From the NCBI GenBank assembly GCA_900547825.1, contig URII01000004.1, positions 5,416 to 69,415 on the forward strand: a stretch of 64,000 nucleotides of DNA, written 5' to 3'. The stretch comes from an uncultured Porphyromonadaceae bacterium (GTDB lineage: Bacteria; Bacteroidota; Bacteroidia; Bacteroidales; Muribaculaceae). The notes under the pieces are model-generated. The model was not told the origin of the DNA and did no database searches. It saw only the letters and a program-made list of their open reading frames with translations. Within the stretch, counting starts at the first letter, position 1. Each line of letters starts with the position of its first letter. The position numbers and the translations under genes are program-made. This document shows positions 61,840 to 64,000 of this stretch, piece by piece.

Positions 61840-64000
61840 ATGTCCTTCAACTCTTTCTTAAGCAAAATATTCGGCAACAAGTCGCAACGTGACCTGCGTG
61901 ACATACAGCCGATACTTAACAGCATAAAGGCCAAATTTCCGGAAATGGAAAAACTCAGCAACGACGAGCTGCGCCAGACCATAACCGATGTGAGAGCCGA
62001 CATTAAAAACGCGATAAAGGCCGACGAAGACGCCATAGCCTCCAACCGCACAGAGATAGAGAAACTTCCTTTCGACGAGCGTCAGCCCCTGTGGGACGAC
62101 ATAGACCGCCGCGAAAAGAACATACTCGACACCATAGAGGAAAAACTTAACGAGCACCTGCCCGTTGTGTTCGCTGCCATACGCGAGACAGCCGCCCGGT
62201 TCGCCGCCAATGAGACAATCGAAGTCACCGCCACCGAAATGGACCGCGACCTTGCAGCCGCCGGCCGCGACTTTGTGAGCATAGAGGGCGACAAGGCCAT
62301 ATACCGCAACCATTGGATGGCAGGAGGCAACGAGATAACATGGGATATGGTGCACTACGAAGTGCAGCTGATCGGCGGCATTGTGCTCCATCAGGGCAAG
62401 ATCGCCGAAATGGCCACCGGCGAGGGCAAAACCCTCGTGGCAACCCTCCCTGTTTTCCTTCGCTCACTCTCAGGCCGCGGCGTGCATGTGGTCACTGTGA
62501 ACGACTACCTGTCAAAACGTGACTCGGAATGGATGGGGCCGCTCTACATGTTCCACGGCTCAAGCGTTGACTGCATCGACAAACACCAGCCCAACACCCC
62601 CGCGCGCCGTGCCGCCTACAATTGCGACATAACCTTCGGTACCAATAACGAGTTCGGCTTCGACTACCTCCGCGACAATATGGCGATGGCGCCCACCGAC
62701 ATGGTTCAGCGCAAACACTATTACGCTATTGTGGATGAGGTCGACTCGGTGCTCATTGACGACGCCCGCACACCTCTTATCATATCCGGTCCGGTTCCCA
62801 AGGGTGACGACCAACTGTTTGACCAGTACAAGTCGAACGTGGAAAAAGTGGTACAGGCCCAGCGCCGGCTTGTGACCCAGATACTTTCCGAAGCCAAGAC
62901 CAAACTTGCCTCTGACGATAAGGAGGTGCGCAAGGAAGGTGCCCTGCTTCTGTTCCGCGCCTACAAAGGCCTTCCCAAAAACGGAGCACTGATAAAATTC
63001 CTCAGTCAGGAGGGCATGAAAAACGTGCTTCTCGAAACCGAGGCATACTATCTTCAGGACAACTCGCGCGAAATGCCCAAAGCCACCGATCCGCTCTATT
63101 TCGTGATCGACGAGAAGAACCGCAGCGTGGAGCTCACCGACAAAGGTATCGACGAGCTCACCGGCAAAAGCGAGGATCCCCAGTTCTTTGTGCTTCCCGA
63201 CATAGCGGCCCAGCTCTCCGAGGTGGAGACCGTGGCCGACGTTGCCGAACGCCAGCGCAGAAAGGATGACCTGATGCAGAACTACGCCATAAAGGCCGAA
63301 CGCGTACACACCGTGACACAGCTTCTCAAAGCCTATACCCTCTTTGAGAAAGATGTGGAATATGTGATCGATGACAACAAGATAAAGATCGTGGACGAGC
63401 AGACAGGCCGTATAATGGAAGGACGCCGTTACAGCGACGGACTCCATCAGGCCATCGAAGCCAAGGAGGGCGTGAAAGTGGAAGCTGCCACGCAGACATT
63501 CGCCACAATCACATTGCAGAACTATTTCCGCATGTACCACAAACTGGCCGGTATGACGGGTACCGCCGAAACCGAAGCCGGAGAGTTGTGGGACATATAC
63601 AAACTCGATGTGGTGACCATACCGACCAACCGTCCCGTGGCGCGCATCGACATGAACGACCGCGTATATAAGACCAAGAAAGAGAAATACGCCGCCGTTA
63701 TCGACGAGATACAGCAGCTCGTGGACGCCGGACGCCCTGTGCTCGTGGGCACTACATCGGTGGAGATCTCCGAACTTCTCAGCCGTATGCTCACCCTGCG
63801 CAAGATACCCCACAACGTGCTCAATGCCAAACTGCACCAGAAAGAGGCCGAGATAGTGGCTCTCGCAGGCAAAGCCGGCACAGTGACCATAGCCACCAAT
63901 ATGGCGGGCCGAGGCACCGACATCAAGCTTCCCGCAGAAGTGAAAGAGGCCGGAGGCCTTGCTATCATAGGCACGGAGCGCCACGAAAGCCGCCGTGTGG
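61840..64000 (+). CDS. secA: Preprotein translocase ATPase SecA (5' two-thirds; continues past the window end)
   Basis: Absent from the ORF track because no stop is reached. My own translation from ATG 61840 is [27 protein letters not shown]..., later [19 protein letters not shown] (Walker A) and [12 protein letters not shown]. Confidence 0.95.
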   Translation, partial: MSFNSFLSKIFGNKSQRDLRDIQPILNSIKAKFPEMEKLSNDELRQTITDVRADIKNAIKADEDAIASNRTEIEKLPFDERQPLWDDIDRREKNILDTIEEKLNEHLPVVFAAIRETAARFAANETIEVTATEMDRDLAAAGRDFVSIEGDKAIYRNHWMAGGNEITWDMVHYEVQLIGGIVLHQGKIAEMATGEGKTLVATLPVFLRSLSGRGVHVVTVNDYLSKRDSEWMGPLYMFHGSSVDCIDKHQPNTPARRAAYNCDITFGTNNEFGFDYLRDNMAMAPTDMVQRKHYYAIVDEVDSVLIDDARTPLIISGPVPKGDDQLFDQYKSNVEKVVQAQRRLVTQILSEAKTKLASDDKEVRKEGALLLFRAYKGLPKNGALIKFLSQEGMKNVLLETEAYYLQDNSREMPKATDPLYFVIDEKNRSVELTDKGIDELTGKSEDPQFFVLPDIAAQLSEVETVADVAERQRRKDDLMQNYAIKAERVHTVTQLLKAYTLFEKDVEYVIDDNKIKIVDEQTGRIMEGRRYSDGLHQAIEAKEGVKVEAATQTFATITLQNYFRMYHKLAGMTGTAETEAGELWDIYKLDVVTIPTNRPVARIDMNDRVYKTKKEKYAAVIDEIQQLVDAGRPVLVGTTSVEISELLSRMLTLRKIPHNVLNAKLHQKEAEIVALAGKAGTVTIATNMAGRGTDIKLPAEVKEAGGLAIIGTERHESRRV

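Noticed and set aside
62560-63984. 474-aa minus-strand ORF, plus several shorter ones at 61626-62467.
   Set aside because: It lies fully antisense to the unambiguous secA reading frame. The H/G/V/F-rich low-complexity translation is typical of shadow ORFs opposite GC-rich coding sequence. It has no motifs.

Overview
This 64-kb chromosomal segment reads as Bacteroidales (Bacteroidota). The evidence is a SusC/SusD pair, many lipoprotein signal peptides, T9SS-type C-terminal sorting tails, a 286-aa primary sigma factor and TAnnTTTG -7 promoter boxes. I call about 43 protein genes. I recognised no rRNA, tRNA, CRISPR array, integrase or transposase. The housekeeping backbone is rpoD, a four-subunit 2-oxoacid:ferredoxin oxidoreductase operon, mutS, a SulP permease, rsmG, an acyl-ACP thioesterase, a PHP histidinol-phosphatase-like gene, cstA and secA (3' end runs off the window). 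Four accessory zones deserve attention. (1) An AT-rich insert at about 14.1-21.9 kb is bracketed by an imperfect ~20-bp direct repeat. It carries two Fic-wHTH genes, a 49-codon AlbA_2-type gene stub, an unassignable 560-aa protein with a PD-(D/E)xK-like motif, and a 1285-aa single-chain nuclease-methylase-specificity (Type IIB/IIG-like) restriction enzyme. The 560-aa gene plus the R-M-S gene is my best candidate for an undescribed defence module. (2) Four very large paralogous secreted proteins are present, one at 0.7-3.9 kb and three in tandem at 42.1-55.1 kb. They are built from choice-of-anchor-J/cleaved-adhesin-like, Fn3, MAM-like and CARDB-like modules with T9SS tails and no recognisable catalytic domain. 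(3) A tightly overlapping five-gene operon (BadF-type sugar kinase, GT2, HIT/GalT-like DUF4922, SpoIID/LytB, AmpG) looks like an uncharacterised muropeptide salvage route. (4) A C10 cysteine protease lies immediately upstream of a type V pilin-like lipoprotein, followed by a ~470-nt ORF-free gap with a promoter box and a terminator hairpin (possible sRNA). All calls come from reading the sequence and the translated ORFs. Nothing was searched or computed, and motif coordinates were counted by hand.
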